From NCBI GenBank assembly GCA_900763995.1, contig CAAFMK010000036.1, positions 1 to 55,588 of the forward strand: a DNA stretch of 55,588 nt. Direction: 5' to 3'. The notes beneath the pieces are model-generated. The model was not told the DNA's origin. It made no database searches and saw only the letters and a list, made by a program, of their open reading frames with translations. Position numbers and translations under genes: made by a program. The stretch comes from an uncultured Oscillospiraceae bacterium (GTDB taxonomy: Bacteria; Bacillota; Clostridia; Oscillospirales; Oscillospiraceae). This document shows, piece by piece, positions 9,459 through 18,505 of this stretch (position 1 is the stretch's first letter; each line of letters starts with the position of its first letter).

Positions 9459-10544
9459 ATGCTGAAAATCATCCATGGGGCTGACTTTCATCTGGACAGC
9501 CCCTTTTCCGGCCTGAGCCCGGAGCGGGCGGCCCAGCGGCGCAGGGAGCTGCGGGAGCTGCCCCGGCGGCTGGCCCAGCTGGCCTGTGAAAAACAGGCGG
9601 ATCTGGTGCTGCTGCCCGGTGACCTGCTGGACTCCCACCAGGTCTATCAGGAGACGGTACAGGCCCTGATGGAGGCCCTTGGCTCCATGCCCTGTCCGGT
9701 ACTCATTGCCCCAGGGAACCACGACTACTTCTCCCGGAATTGCGTATACGCCACCATGCAGTGGCCTCAGCAGATACATATTTTTCAAACCGGGGCTTTG
9801 GAGGGGGTGGACTTTCCACCGCTGAACTGTACCGTGTGGGGCCGGGCCTTTGTCTCCAGTCATCAGGAGGAGTCCCCTCTGGATGGGCTGTCCATCCCAG
9901 AGGATGGGCGTATCCATCTGGCCTGTCTCCACGGCGATGTGGCCCCCCAGAGCCAGTACGGCCCCATCTCCCCTCAGGAGATCGCCAAAAGCGGGCTGCA
10001 CTACCTGGCCCTGGGCCATATCCACCAGTCCAGTGGACTCCAGCAGGCGGGTGACACCTTCTGGGCCTATCCGGGCTGTCCCGAGGGGCGTGGCTTTGAT
10101 GAGACGGGGGAAAAGGGGGTACTGTATGTAGAGGCAGATGGCCAGAATGTATCCGCCCAGTTTATCCCCCTGTGCCAGCGGAAATATGAGATTTTGTCGG
10201 TGGACATCACCCAGTCCCGGGATTTGGCGGAAACCATTGGAGCCGCTCTGCCCCCAGGTGCCCAGGAGCACATCTTCCGTATCCTGCTCACGGGGGAGGG
10301 GAAGCGCCCCGACCTGACCGCATTGGAGCGGACTTTGGCCCCTGGGTGCTACGGCCTGACCCTGCGGGATGGCACCCGTCTGCCCCAGGATCTGTGGGCC
10401 CGGAGGGAGGAGGACACCCTCACCGGGCTGTTCCTCCGGGCCATGTGGGAAAAGTGCCAGCAGGAGCCAGATAACCAGCTCTATCAGCTGGCCGTTCGAT
10501 ACGGGCTGAGTGCCCTGGAAAATGGAGAGGGGGGAGCTTTGTGA
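9459..10544 (+). CDS. SbcD/Mre11-like nuclease (YhaO-type)
   Basis: HGADFHLD, GDLLD, PGNHD, LHGD, LALGHIH, YPGCPEG. Confidence 0.9.
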   Translation: MLKIIHGADFHLDSPFSGLSPERAAQRRRELRELPRRLAQLACEKQADLVLLPGDLLDSHQVYQETVQALMEALGSMPCPVLIAPGNHDYFSRNCVYATMQWPQQIHIFQTGALEGVDFPPLNCTVWGRAFVSSHQEESPLDGLSIPEDGRIHLACLHGDVAPQSQYGPISPQEIAKSGLHYLALGHIHQSSGLQQAGDTFWAYPGCPEGRGFDETGEKGVLYVEADGQNVSAQFIPLCQRKYEILSVDITQSRDLAETIGAALPPGAQEHIFRILLTGEGKRPDLTALERTLAPGCYGLTLRDGTRLPQDLWARREEDTLTGLFLRAMWEKCQQEPDNQLYQLAVRYGLSALENGEGGAL

Positions 10545-13045
10545 AGGTACGATCCATGACCGCCACCTTTGGCAAGCTTGACCACGCCAAGCTGAAGCTG
10601 GGGGAGGGGCTCAACCTCATCTATGCCCCCAATGAGGGGGGCAAGTCCACCTGGGCCGCCTTCTTTAAGGCCATGCTCTATGGCATTGACACCCGGGATC
10701 GGGACAAAAAGGGCTATCTGGCCGATAAAAATCACTATCAGCCCTGGTCTGGCGCCCCCATGGAGGGGGAGATCCAGTTGGAGTGGCAGGGCCGGGAAAT
10801 CACCATTCGCCGCGGCCCCAGGGGAAATAACCCCTTTGGCTCCTTCTCCGCAGTGTACACTGGCACGGAGGAGCCGGTGCCCGGCCTGACCGGGGCCAAC
10901 TGCGGGGAGATGCTAACAGGTGTGGGGCTGGCTGTCTTTTCCCGCTCGGCCTTTCTGGGGGCGGACAATCTGGCCCTCACCTCCACCCCTGAGCTGGAGC
11001 GGAGAATTGCCGCTCTGGTCTCCTCCGGGGAGGAGGAGGTCTCCTTTACCCAGGTACAGGGCCGATTGAAAGAGTGGCTCAATAAGCGCCGGGTCAACAA
11101 AAGTGTGGGGGAGATCCCCCGGCTGGAGGAGGAGCTGATCCAGGTGCGCTCCCTCCTTGGCCAGCTCAATGAGATCACTGCTCAGGTCACCCAGCTAAAT
11201 GGCTCCCATGAGCAGCTGGAGCAGCAGTATCAGCAGCTGTGTGAGGAACAGCGGGCCCACCAGATCAGGGCCTGGAATCAGGTGGTACAGGAGCTTTCGG
11301 TGCTCACCGCCCAGTGTCAGCAGCTAAAAGAGGAGCGGGACAGCCTACAGCAGGATGAGGAGATCCATCACCGCCTGGCCCAGCAGGCCCTGAACCTCCG
11401 GTATGCACAGGCCAATGAGGAGCTGGAGCTGGCACAAAACCAGCTGGATGCCCTGCGCACTGAGCTGGCCCGGTTTGGCACCCTGCCTGACAGGGAGCTT
11501 TTGAAAAGGGCCCAGGGAGAGCTGCAATATCTCAAGGTGCTGGACGAGGAGATCAAGGCCGGGGAGGAAACTCTGCGCCAGGCGGACGAGCACTATGTAC
11601 AGGCCCAGATCAATGCTCAGGATGAGAATTTCTCTGGTATGTCCGCCCAGGAGGCCGCCCTCGCCGCCCAAAAAGCCACCAACGATCACACCCTCTATTT
11701 GCAGCACGCACAGCGCCAGCGCTCCAGGGCCCGTGTCTTCCCTGTGATCGGTCTGATTGCCGCTGTAGTGGGGGGGCTGATTTCCTACGCCCAGGGGGCA
11801 CCCTTTTTACTCTATCCCCTCTATATTGGACTTGGACTGTTTGGCTTGTCCATTGTGGCCACCTTTGTTGGACTGGTCCGAAAAAAGGTCTGGCTGGAGC
11901 GGGCAGCCAAGGCGCTCTCCCAATTTCATGCCCAGACCCCTGAGGAGTTGCAGGCGCTGGTTCAGGACTACACCAAGCGCTGTGACCAGTCCGACCAGGC
12001 TGCACAGCAGGCCAAGGTGGCCCGTGGTGCCCTGAACGAGCGAAAAGCCCGCCGAAACAACAGCTGGACAGATCTGATGGATTTTGTCCACACTTTTGCC
12101 CCAGAGGTGCAAAACTCCTTTGGCTGTTCTGCGGCGCTGTCCCGAGCTCTGAATCTTGAGCACGAGTTATCCACAGCCAGGGACAAAGTTGTGGAGCGCC
12201 GCCGCCGTATGGAGGATCTGGCCGCCCAGGGTGGCCAGCTGGGGGACTCCTCGGAGCTGCTCCCCACCCCCTCACGCCCGCTGGAGCGGGTGGAGCAGGA
12301 ACTGAGCCAGGTCAACGCACAGCTCCAGCAGGTGACCCAGCAGCTGGATCGGGTCAGGGGGCGGCAGGCCGCCATGAAGCAGCCTGAGGAGGGGGACGCC
12401 ACCCCACCTGTCACCCCACAAAGGACCCCGGAGCAGACTGAGCAGGCTCTTGTACAGGTGAAGGGGGAGCTGGAGCAGGTCAGCGCCCAGCTCCATCAGG
12501 CTCAGGGCAGACAGCGGGCCATGGGTGACCCCGCCGCCGTCTGTGCCCAAAAGGAGGGGCTGGAGCACGACTTAAAGCGCCGTACCCTGGAGTATGAGGC
12601 CCTGGCCCTGGCTATGGACACCATGCAGCAGTCAAACGCCCAGCTCCAGGAGCGCTTTTCCCCAGAGCTCAACCAGCTTTCAGGGCAGTATCTGGCCCGT
12701 CTGACCCAAAACAAATACCCCTCTGTCAGTCTGACACGGGATTTGGAGGGGGCGGTGCGCAGCACAGGTGACATTTTGCCCCGCAGTGCCCTCTACCTCT
12801 CCCATGGCACCGCAGATCAGCTGTATCTGGCGGCCCGGCTGGCGGTTTGCCAGCTGTGTCTGCCTGAAAAGCCCCCCATTGTGCTGGACGATGCCCTGGC
12901 CGCCTTTGATGAACAGCGGCTCACACAGGCCCTTAAGCTTCTTCGGGAACTCTCTGAGGATCAGCAGCTGCTGCTGTTCACCTGCCACAAGCGGGAGGAG
13001 CAGCTGCTGGAGGGCCAGCCCGGCGTCAGCGTGCTGTCCCTGTGA
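10541..13045 (+). CDS. SbcC/Rad50-like coiled-coil ATPase (YhaN/SbcE-type) with a central hydrophobic segment
   Basis: Walker A APNEGGKST, signature LSHGTADQ, Walker B VLDD, H-loop FTCH; long Q/E/L heptads; GTGA overlap with the nuclease gene. Confidence 0.88.
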   Translation: MKVRSMTATFGKLDHAKLKLGEGLNLIYAPNEGGKSTWAAFFKAMLYGIDTRDRDKKGYLADKNHYQPWSGAPMEGEIQLEWQGREITIRRGPRGNNPFGSFSAVYTGTEEPVPGLTGANCGEMLTGVGLAVFSRSAFLGADNLALTSTPELERRIAALVSSGEEEVSFTQVQGRLKEWLNKRRVNKSVGEIPRLEEELIQVRSLLGQLNEITAQVTQLNGSHEQLEQQYQQLCEEQRAHQIRAWNQVVQELSVLTAQCQQLKEERDSLQQDEEIHHRLAQQALNLRYAQANEELELAQNQLDALRTELARFGTLPDRELLKRAQGELQYLKVLDEEIKAGEETLRQADEHYVQAQINAQDENFSGMSAQEAALAAQKATNDHTLYLQHAQRQRSRARVFPVIGLIAAVVGGLISYAQGAPFLLYPLYIGLGLFGLSIVATFVGLVRKKVWLERAAKALSQFHAQTPEELQALVQDYTKRCDQSDQAAQQAKVARGALNERKARRNNSWTDLMDFVHTFAPEVQNSFGCSAALSRALNLEHELSTARDKVVERRRRMEDLAAQGGQLGDSSELLPTPSRPLERVEQELSQVNAQLQQVTQQLDRVRGRQAAMKQPEEGDATPPVTPQRTPEQTEQALVQVKGELEQVSAQLHQAQGRQRAMGDPAAVCAQKEGLEHDLKRRTLEYEALALAMDTMQQSNAQLQERFSPELNQLSGQYLARLTQNKYPSVSLTRDLEGAVRSTGDILPRSALYLSHGTADQLYLAARLAVCQLCLPEKPPIVLDDALAAFDEQRLTQALKLLRELSEDQQLLLFTCHKREEQLLEGQPGVSVLSL

Positions 13046-13048
13046 GAG

Positions 13049-13077
13049 TTGCATTCCAAGTATAAAATGGGTATAAT
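13049..13077 (+). promoter_or_regulatory. Sigma-A promoter of lepB
   Basis: TTGCAT-17 nt-TATAAT. Confidence 0.65.
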
Positions 13078-13118
13078 ATCATCCATAGATCACAGATCCC
13101 AAATAAGGAGGCCCTCCA

Positions 13119-13727
13119 ATGGATGAACAAAACAACCTGTCTGAGGTGGACGGGGAAACATCACCCACCCGCCCCGCAGGCAGTGAGCTATATGAATGGC
13201 TTCAGCTTCTCATGGGCTGTGTGCTGGCTGCGGTGGTGCTGTTTAACTGCTTTGCCCGGTTGACCCGAGTGGATGGCTCCTCTATGGACCCCACTTTGCA
13301 GCATGGGGAAATGATGCTGATCTGGTCTTTGGGCTACCAGCCCAAGCAGGGGGATATTGTGGTGCTCAACAAAATTGACACCGTCACCGACCAGCTGCTC
13401 CACAGCGCCGCCATTGTCAAGCGGGTGATCGCCACCGGCGGACAGACGGTGGACATCGACTACACCACCGGCACCGTCTATGTAGACGGGCTGCCCCTGA
13501 GTGAGACCTATACCAATGGGGAGATGTACCGCCCTGACCCCACCACACATCCCATGATGCAGCAGACCCACTGGGAGGTACCAGAGGACTCCATTTTCGT
13601 CATGGGGGACAACCGCAACGCCTCCACCGACAGCCGGGACGATATGGTTGGCCCTATCCACACCGACTATATTCTGGGCAAGGTGGTCTTTGCCCTGTGG
13701 CCTATGGAGAAATTTGGGTCCCTTTGA
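13119..13727 (+). CDS. lepB: Signal peptidase I
   Basis: N-terminal TM helix, GSSMDPTL, IVKRVIA, MGDNRNASTDSR. Confidence 0.95.
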   Translation: MDEQNNLSEVDGETSPTRPAGSELYEWLQLLMGCVLAAVVLFNCFARLTRVDGSSMDPTLQHGEMMLIWSLGYQPKQGDIVVLNKIDTVTDQLLHSAAIVKRVIATGGQTVDIDYTTGTVYVDGLPLSETYTNGEMYRPDPTTHPMMQQTHWEVPEDSIFVMGDNRNASTDSRDDMVGPIHTDYILGKVVFALWPMEKFGSL

Positions 13728-13808
13728 GCGGACGGTCCACAGCTCCACCCCTTTGTCCCATGTTCCTTCCCCGCCAGTCACCAGAGCTTAAAGGAGGCCT
13801 TTTTCACC

Positions 13809-14153
13809 ATGTCCAACATCGGCAACAATCGCACCCACGCCATGGATGAGCTGTTTCGCGGCATCCTGATGCTGCAGGACATTGACGAATGTTACCAGTT
13901 TTTCAGTGATCTGTTTACCATACAGGAGCTGACCGCCTTTGCCCAGCGCTTTCAGGTGGCAGAGCTTCTGGCAGATGGCAGCACCTACGAGGGCGTGAGG
14001 GAAAAGGTGCCCGCCAGCTACTCCACCATCACCCGCATCAATACTGAGCTACGGTATGGCTCGGGGGGCTATCAAATGGTGCTGGATCGACTAAAGCCCA
14101 ACAGGGAACATGATGCCCTACAGCAGTCTCTGCGCAATTTCCCCTTTATCTGA
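13809..14153 (+). CDS. YerC/YecD family TrpR-like regulator
   Basis: ECYQFFSDL.TI.EL..AQR..VA..L..G.TY..L.YG..GY pattern. Confidence 0.85.
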   Translation: MSNIGNNRTHAMDELFRGILMLQDIDECYQFFSDLFTIQELTAFAQRFQVAELLADGSTYEGVREKVPASYSTITRINTELRYGSGGYQMVLDRLKPNREHDALQQSLRNFPFI

Positions 14154-14171
14154 CCCTTTTCTATCTATTAC

Positions 14172-14213
14172 AGCACCTCTGTCAGTTTTATGTAATCTGA
14201 CAGAGGTGCTTTC
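14172..14213 (+). terminator. Hairpin/terminator after the yerC-like gene
   Basis: Perfect 14-bp inverted repeat AGCACCTCTGTCAG/CTGACAGAGGTGCT; short T-tract. Confidence 0.6.
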
Positions 14214-14243
14214 CACAATATCCAAAATAGGACAATCTTTCTC

Positions 14244-14271
14244 TTGACTTTTTGTGCGTATTGTATATAAT
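14244..14271 (+). promoter_or_regulatory. Sigma-A promoter of the M14 peptidase gene
   Basis: TTGACT-16 nt-TATAAT. Confidence 0.6.
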
Positions 14272-14349
14272 GATTATTAGTTCCAGCCGTGTCATACAGC
14301 TGGCTCAATCTGGTAAAAGAGAGAAGATAAAGGAAAGGATCTTGCTACT

Positions 14350-15831
14350 ATGAAAAAGCTTATAAAGCGTGCCCTTGGTATGATTCTCAGCACAGCTCTG
14401 GTTTGCTCCATCCTTACCCCCACCTCGTTGGCAGAGGACTCTAGCAGCCGCCCCACACGGGAGCTGCTCTCCATGGACTTCAAGCCAGAGGATCCCGCTC
14501 AGATCCCCAAGGGTCTGGAGATCGACTGGAACCACCGCTACCACTACAATGAGATCGAGGGTCAGCTGAATCGATTGGCTAAGGCCTATCCCCAGGTCAG
14601 CGACCTCTACTCCATTGGCACCTCCTGGCAGGAGCGTGACTTGTGGTGTCTGAAAATCACCAATGAGGCTGTGAGCGACTCCTATAAGACTGGTATTGGC
14701 GTATTTGCCAACATCCATGGTGGCGAGCGTGAAAGCACCTCCTCCGCTATGTATACCGCATGGTGGATGCTGCTCAACTCTAACGACCCCTATGTAAAGG
14801 CCATTTTGGACAACTACATCATCTATGTGGTGCCCATCATCAATCCCGATGGCTATGAGCAGTCCTTTGTCAATAACAACCGCCCCAACCTGCGCCCCAC
14901 CGACCGGAACGGGGATGGCATTCCCTTCAGCGACCCCTACACCGATATTGACAATGATGGCTATATCTCCACCATTTACCGGGGCAAGGCCAAGGATATG
15001 CCCTCCACCTCCATGCAGTATTTCGGCACTGAGAGCCCAGACTGGGACAAAAACGGCATTCTGGGCGATGACCCTCGTTCCAGCACCATCGACATGAACC
15101 GCACCTTTGATTTCCAGTGGAACCGCTTTGACATCGAGACCGAGGATACCCAGGTAATCGGCAACAACGCTTGGGGTTCTGCTGGCCCCGCCCCCGCCTC
15201 TGAGCCTGAGATCCGCGCCCTGCAGGACTTCATGTACAACACCCCCATGGACGCTCTGGTCTCCATCCACACTGGTATCCAGTGCGTGCTGTACCCCTGG
15301 TGCTACCGCCCCTATGATGCCAGCAACCCCAAGGATGCCGAGATCCCCTTCATGAAGGAGACCGCCGCCAAGATGGCCAAGGCATTCCAGGACACCACTG
15401 GCCGCGGCTACTACACCATGAGCTCCTATGAGGACTATCCCACCGCCGCTGAGATGATCGACTACGCCTTTGGCCGCTTCAACATCCACGCCTACACCAT
15501 CGAGGTATACCGTGGCGGCAAGTCTGAGTCTGGTGACATCTCTGAGTGTATTTGGGAGAATGAGCTGCCCCAGCCCACTTGGGTGTTCTACTCCCAGAGC
15601 AGGATCAAGGATGTGCTGCATCTGGACCCCTCCAAGCTGAAGGATGCCAATGGCAAGCCTCTGGCTGCTGATGAGGGCCTGTGGTTCTACACCAGCTCCA
15701 CTGCACAGATGGTCGACAAGGCCCCTGAGGGTCAGGACATTATGGTCAAGGGTGCACGTGACTCCATCCTCACCATGATTGAGAGTGAGCCCCACGGCCA
15801 GGGCTATCAGCGCCCCACCTATGTCAAGTAA
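14350..15831 (+). CDS. Secreted M14-family zinc carboxypeptidase
   Basis: Signal peptide (MKKLIKR..SLA), NIHGGE (HxxE), NPDG, DMNRTF, SIHTG, YTIEV. Confidence 0.88.
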   Translation: MKKLIKRALGMILSTALVCSILTPTSLAEDSSSRPTRELLSMDFKPEDPAQIPKGLEIDWNHRYHYNEIEGQLNRLAKAYPQVSDLYSIGTSWQERDLWCLKITNEAVSDSYKTGIGVFANIHGGERESTSSAMYTAWWMLLNSNDPYVKAILDNYIIYVVPIINPDGYEQSFVNNNRPNLRPTDRNGDGIPFSDPYTDIDNDGYISTIYRGKAKDMPSTSMQYFGTESPDWDKNGILGDDPRSSTIDMNRTFDFQWNRFDIETEDTQVIGNNAWGSAGPAPASEPEIRALQDFMYNTPMDALVSIHTGIQCVLYPWCYRPYDASNPKDAEIPFMKETAAKMAKAFQDTTGRGYYTMSSYEDYPTAAEMIDYAFGRFNIHAYTIEVYRGGKSESGDISECIWENELPQPTWVFYSQSRIKDVLHLDPSKLKDANGKPLAADEGLWFYTSSTAQMVDKAPEGQDIMVKGARDSILTMIESEPHGQGYQRPTYVK

Positions 15832-15857
15832 TCTCTCTTTTACAAACTGAAATTAGT

Positions 15858-15895
15858 AAAACACCCAGCTGGCAACCGCCAGCTGGGTGTTTTTT
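15858..15895. terminator. Bidirectional terminator
   Basis: AAAACACCCAGCTGGC/GCCAGCTGGGTGTTTT between convergent genes. Confidence 0.88.
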
Positions 15896-16676
15896 ACAGC
15901 TCTATTTCCATTGGTTCGTCCAGAAGGACTGGGCCGCCAATATAGGCAGATACAACTTTTCCACCCTGGCGCTCCACAGTGGCCTCTACCACCCCGGCGG
16001 GCTGTATGTACTGATGGGTCACTGTCCCATCTGGGGTAGTCTCACTTTGAGCCACTACACAGGCCAGCGAGCCGGAGCCACAGCTGCCCTCCCAGATCAT
16101 GGTATTGGAGGCAGGCACCTTGACCAGTGGGGTCATCTTGCTGGTCTCAGGCTCCAGGAAAATCACCCCATAGGCATCCAAACCAGGAATATCAGAAAAA
16201 ATTGGCTCTGCACCGTCAAAAAAATCCTGATTGGGGGTCACATTCTCCACGACAAGGTGGGCAATTCCCCCCAAATGGACTAAAGTACCCTTTGCACCGT
16301 TGATCTCCACCGCCTTTGTCCACAGGGGAAGGGGCATTTCTGACCGGGCGGTGCCCTCCTCCATATCCACATCTACCATCACTGGGTGGTCACAGCCGCT
16401 GACCTCCACCTGTATTGGCTGATTGCTGCCCTGCTGCTGGGCCAGGAGCATCCCAAAGGCCCGAGTGGCATTACCGCAGAACTCTCCTCCCGCCATTTCC
16501 ATACGGCCCTGGCTGCCCTGGGCAGGGGGACAGAGAAAGCCCACCTGCTCCACATGGAGCTCTGTCAGGGCCATGATTTTACTGGCAAGTTCAGTTCGCT
16601 GCTCTGTTGGGACGGGGGACATGACAAAAATGGTAATATTCCCCGCCGGGTTTACGCGCACCATCTTTATTTTCAT
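15894..16676 (-). CDS. DapF-fold cofactor-independent racemase, CntK-like (putative histidine racemase)
   Basis: NPAGNIT, EQVGF, MAGGEFCGNAT, VEVSGC, MTPLV, IWEGSCGSG and QPAG match the CntK pattern (NPSGNMT, EQVGF, EFCGNAT, WENSCGSG, QPGG) rather than DapF; AAGGAG RBS. Confidence 0.8.
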   Translation of the reverse strand: MKIKMVRVNPAGNITIFVMSPVPTEQRTELASKIMALTELHVEQVGFLCPPAQGSQGRMEMAGGEFCGNATRAFGMLLAQQQGSNQPIQVEVSGCDHPVMVDVDMEEGTARSEMPLPLWTKAVEINGAKGTLVHLGGIAHLVVENVTPNQDFFDGAEPIFSDIPGLDAYGVIFLEPETSKMTPLVKVPASNTMIWEGSCGSGSLACVVAQSETTPDGTVTHQYIQPAGVVEATVERQGGKVVSAYIGGPVLLDEPMEIEL

Positions 16677-16775
16677 ATCTGCTGCTCCTTTGTAAGGCAA
16701 TACCCACATCATTCAGCAAAAGAGATCTCTGGCAAGTTTGTCTGTACCGCAAATGCTGTCAGTGGGGTACTGCCT

Positions 16776-16825
16776 AAAAATGAACCCCCAGAGGAGAGGG
16801 ACGAAAGGCCCTCCCCCCTGGGGGT
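16776..16825 (-). terminator. Terminator after hutH
   Basis: Long GC hairpin at 16784-16825 followed on the minus strand by TCATTTTT. Confidence 0.65.
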
Positions 16826-16840
16826 ATTGAGGTTTAAATC

Positions 16841-18406
16841 TTACTGGAAGTCAGGCATATGCTTTCTGACGATCTCCAGCAGCTCACCGCTGCGAACCAT
16901 CTTCTCAACCTCAGCAATGTCGGGCCAGATCTCGCGGTCGACCTCGAAGAACTCGACCTTCTCGCGGACATGCTTGTACAGCTCCTCATGCAGGGGGGTG
17001 ATACCCTGACCATGGGTGTTCAGACGGCGGCGGACATCGATGGCCTGGCAGGCGGTCATCAGCTCCATTGCCAGAACAGACAAGGTGTTCTGAACAATCA
17101 TACCAGCCTTACGGCCAGCGGTGGTACCCATGGACACGATGTCCTCCTGGTTTGCGGAGGAGGGGATGGAGTCCACAGAAGCGGGGTGGGCGTACACCTT
17201 GTTCTCAGACACCATGGAAGCGGCGGCATACTGCACGATCATATAACCGGAGTTCACGCCACCCTGGGTGGTGAGGAAGGGAGTCAGGCCGTTGGAGAGA
17301 GCGGCGTTGACCATACGCTCGGTGCGGCGCTCGGAAGCGTCAGCGATCTCAGAGCAGGCGATACCCAGAGTGTCGAAGGGGATGGCCATGGGCTCACCGT
17401 GGAAGTTACCGCCGGAGATAACAGCCTCGTCCTCCAGGAACATCAGGGGGTTATCGGTCACAGCGTTCAGCTCGATCTCGACCTTATCCAGAACATAGTC
17501 CAGAGCGTCACGGACAGCACCGTGGAGCTGAGGGATGCAGCGCAGAGCGTAAGCATCCTGCACGCGGTCGTTCTGGCAGTTGTCCAGAATCTCGGAGCCC
17601 TCCAACAGCATCTTCATGTTCTTGGCGACCAGCATCTGACCCTTCTGGCCACGGACAGCGTGGATGCGGGGGTCAAAGGCGTTGCGCAGGCCGGTGAGGC
17701 CCTCGAAAGCCATGGAGCCGATCACATCGCCCAGCTGAGCTGCGCAGATGGTGTCGTACAGGGCCAGGGAGCCCACGGAGGTCATGGCGCAGGTGCCGTT
17801 GGTCAGGCCCAGGCCCTCCTTGCTCACCAGAGTGTCCAGGGTCTTGATGCCGGCCTTGGCCATAGCCTCAGCGCCGGTCATCTTCTCGCCCTTGTACATG
17901 GCCATACCCTTACCCAGCAGAGGCAGGGACATATGAGCCAGAGGCGCCAGGTCGCCGGAGGAACCCAGAGAGCCCTTCTGGGGAACCACAGGATGAACGC
18001 CCTTGTTGAGCATCTCGATCATCATCTGCACCAGGATGGGGCGCACGCCGGACACGCCCACGCACAGAGCGTTGGCACGCAGCAGCAGCATACCACGGAC
18101 TACTTCCTCGGCATAGGGATCGCCGGTAGCAGTACAGTGGCTGAGGATCAGGTTGGTGGAGAGCTGGTTGCTCATCTCAGCGCTGACGGCCACACGCTGG
18201 AAATCACCAAAGCCAGTGGTGATACCATAGGCCACACGGCCCTCCTCGGCGATCTTCTCAGCCAGAGCACGGGACTTCTTCATAGCCTCCAGAGCGGAGT
18301 CGGCCAGCTCAACAGTAGCACCATAGCGGGCTACGGCAACAAAGCTCTCCAGGGTGAGACTATGCCCATCCAGGACAATGTTCTTGATTTCTTTGGGGTT
18401 ATACAT
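16841..18406 (-). CDS. hutH: Histidine ammonia-lyase
   Basis: YGITTGFG, LILSH (His-specific SH), GSLGSSGDLAPL, KEGL, VQDAYALRC, SGGNFHG, ANQED; AAGGAG RBS. Confidence 0.93.
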   Translation of the reverse strand: MYNPKEIKNIVLDGHSLTLESFVAVARYGATVELADSALEAMKKSRALAEKIAEEGRVAYGITTGFGDFQRVAVSAEMSNQLSTNLILSHCTATGDPYAEEVVRGMLLLRANALCVGVSGVRPILVQMMIEMLNKGVHPVVPQKGSLGSSGDLAPLAHMSLPLLGKGMAMYKGEKMTGAEAMAKAGIKTLDTLVSKEGLGLTNGTCAMTSVGSLALYDTICAAQLGDVIGSMAFEGLTGLRNAFDPRIHAVRGQKGQMLVAKNMKMLLEGSEILDNCQNDRVQDAYALRCIPQLHGAVRDALDYVLDKVEIELNAVTDNPLMFLEDEAVISGGNFHGEPMAIPFDTLGIACSEIADASERRTERMVNAALSNGLTPFLTTQGGVNSGYMIVQYAAASMVSENKVYAHPASVDSIPSSANQEDIVSMGTTAGRKAGMIVQNTLSVLAMELMTACQAIDVRRRLNTHGQGITPLHEELYKHVREKVEFFEVDREIWPDIAEVEKMVRSGELLEIVRKHMPDFQ

Positions 18407-18505
18407 AACGATGAGGTCTCCTTCCTTGATTCCATCATGGGATGGCAATCGTGGTGTAAATGTGAACGCTGAACGATTCAGCTGGGAAAAACGAAATAAG
18501 TCAGA

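Noticed and set aside
15894..16676. Annotation as dapF or as part of a staphylopine cluster
   Set aside because: It lacks the DapF HGxGNDF and ERGxGxTxACGTG motifs, and no cntL, cntM or metal transporter is nearby.
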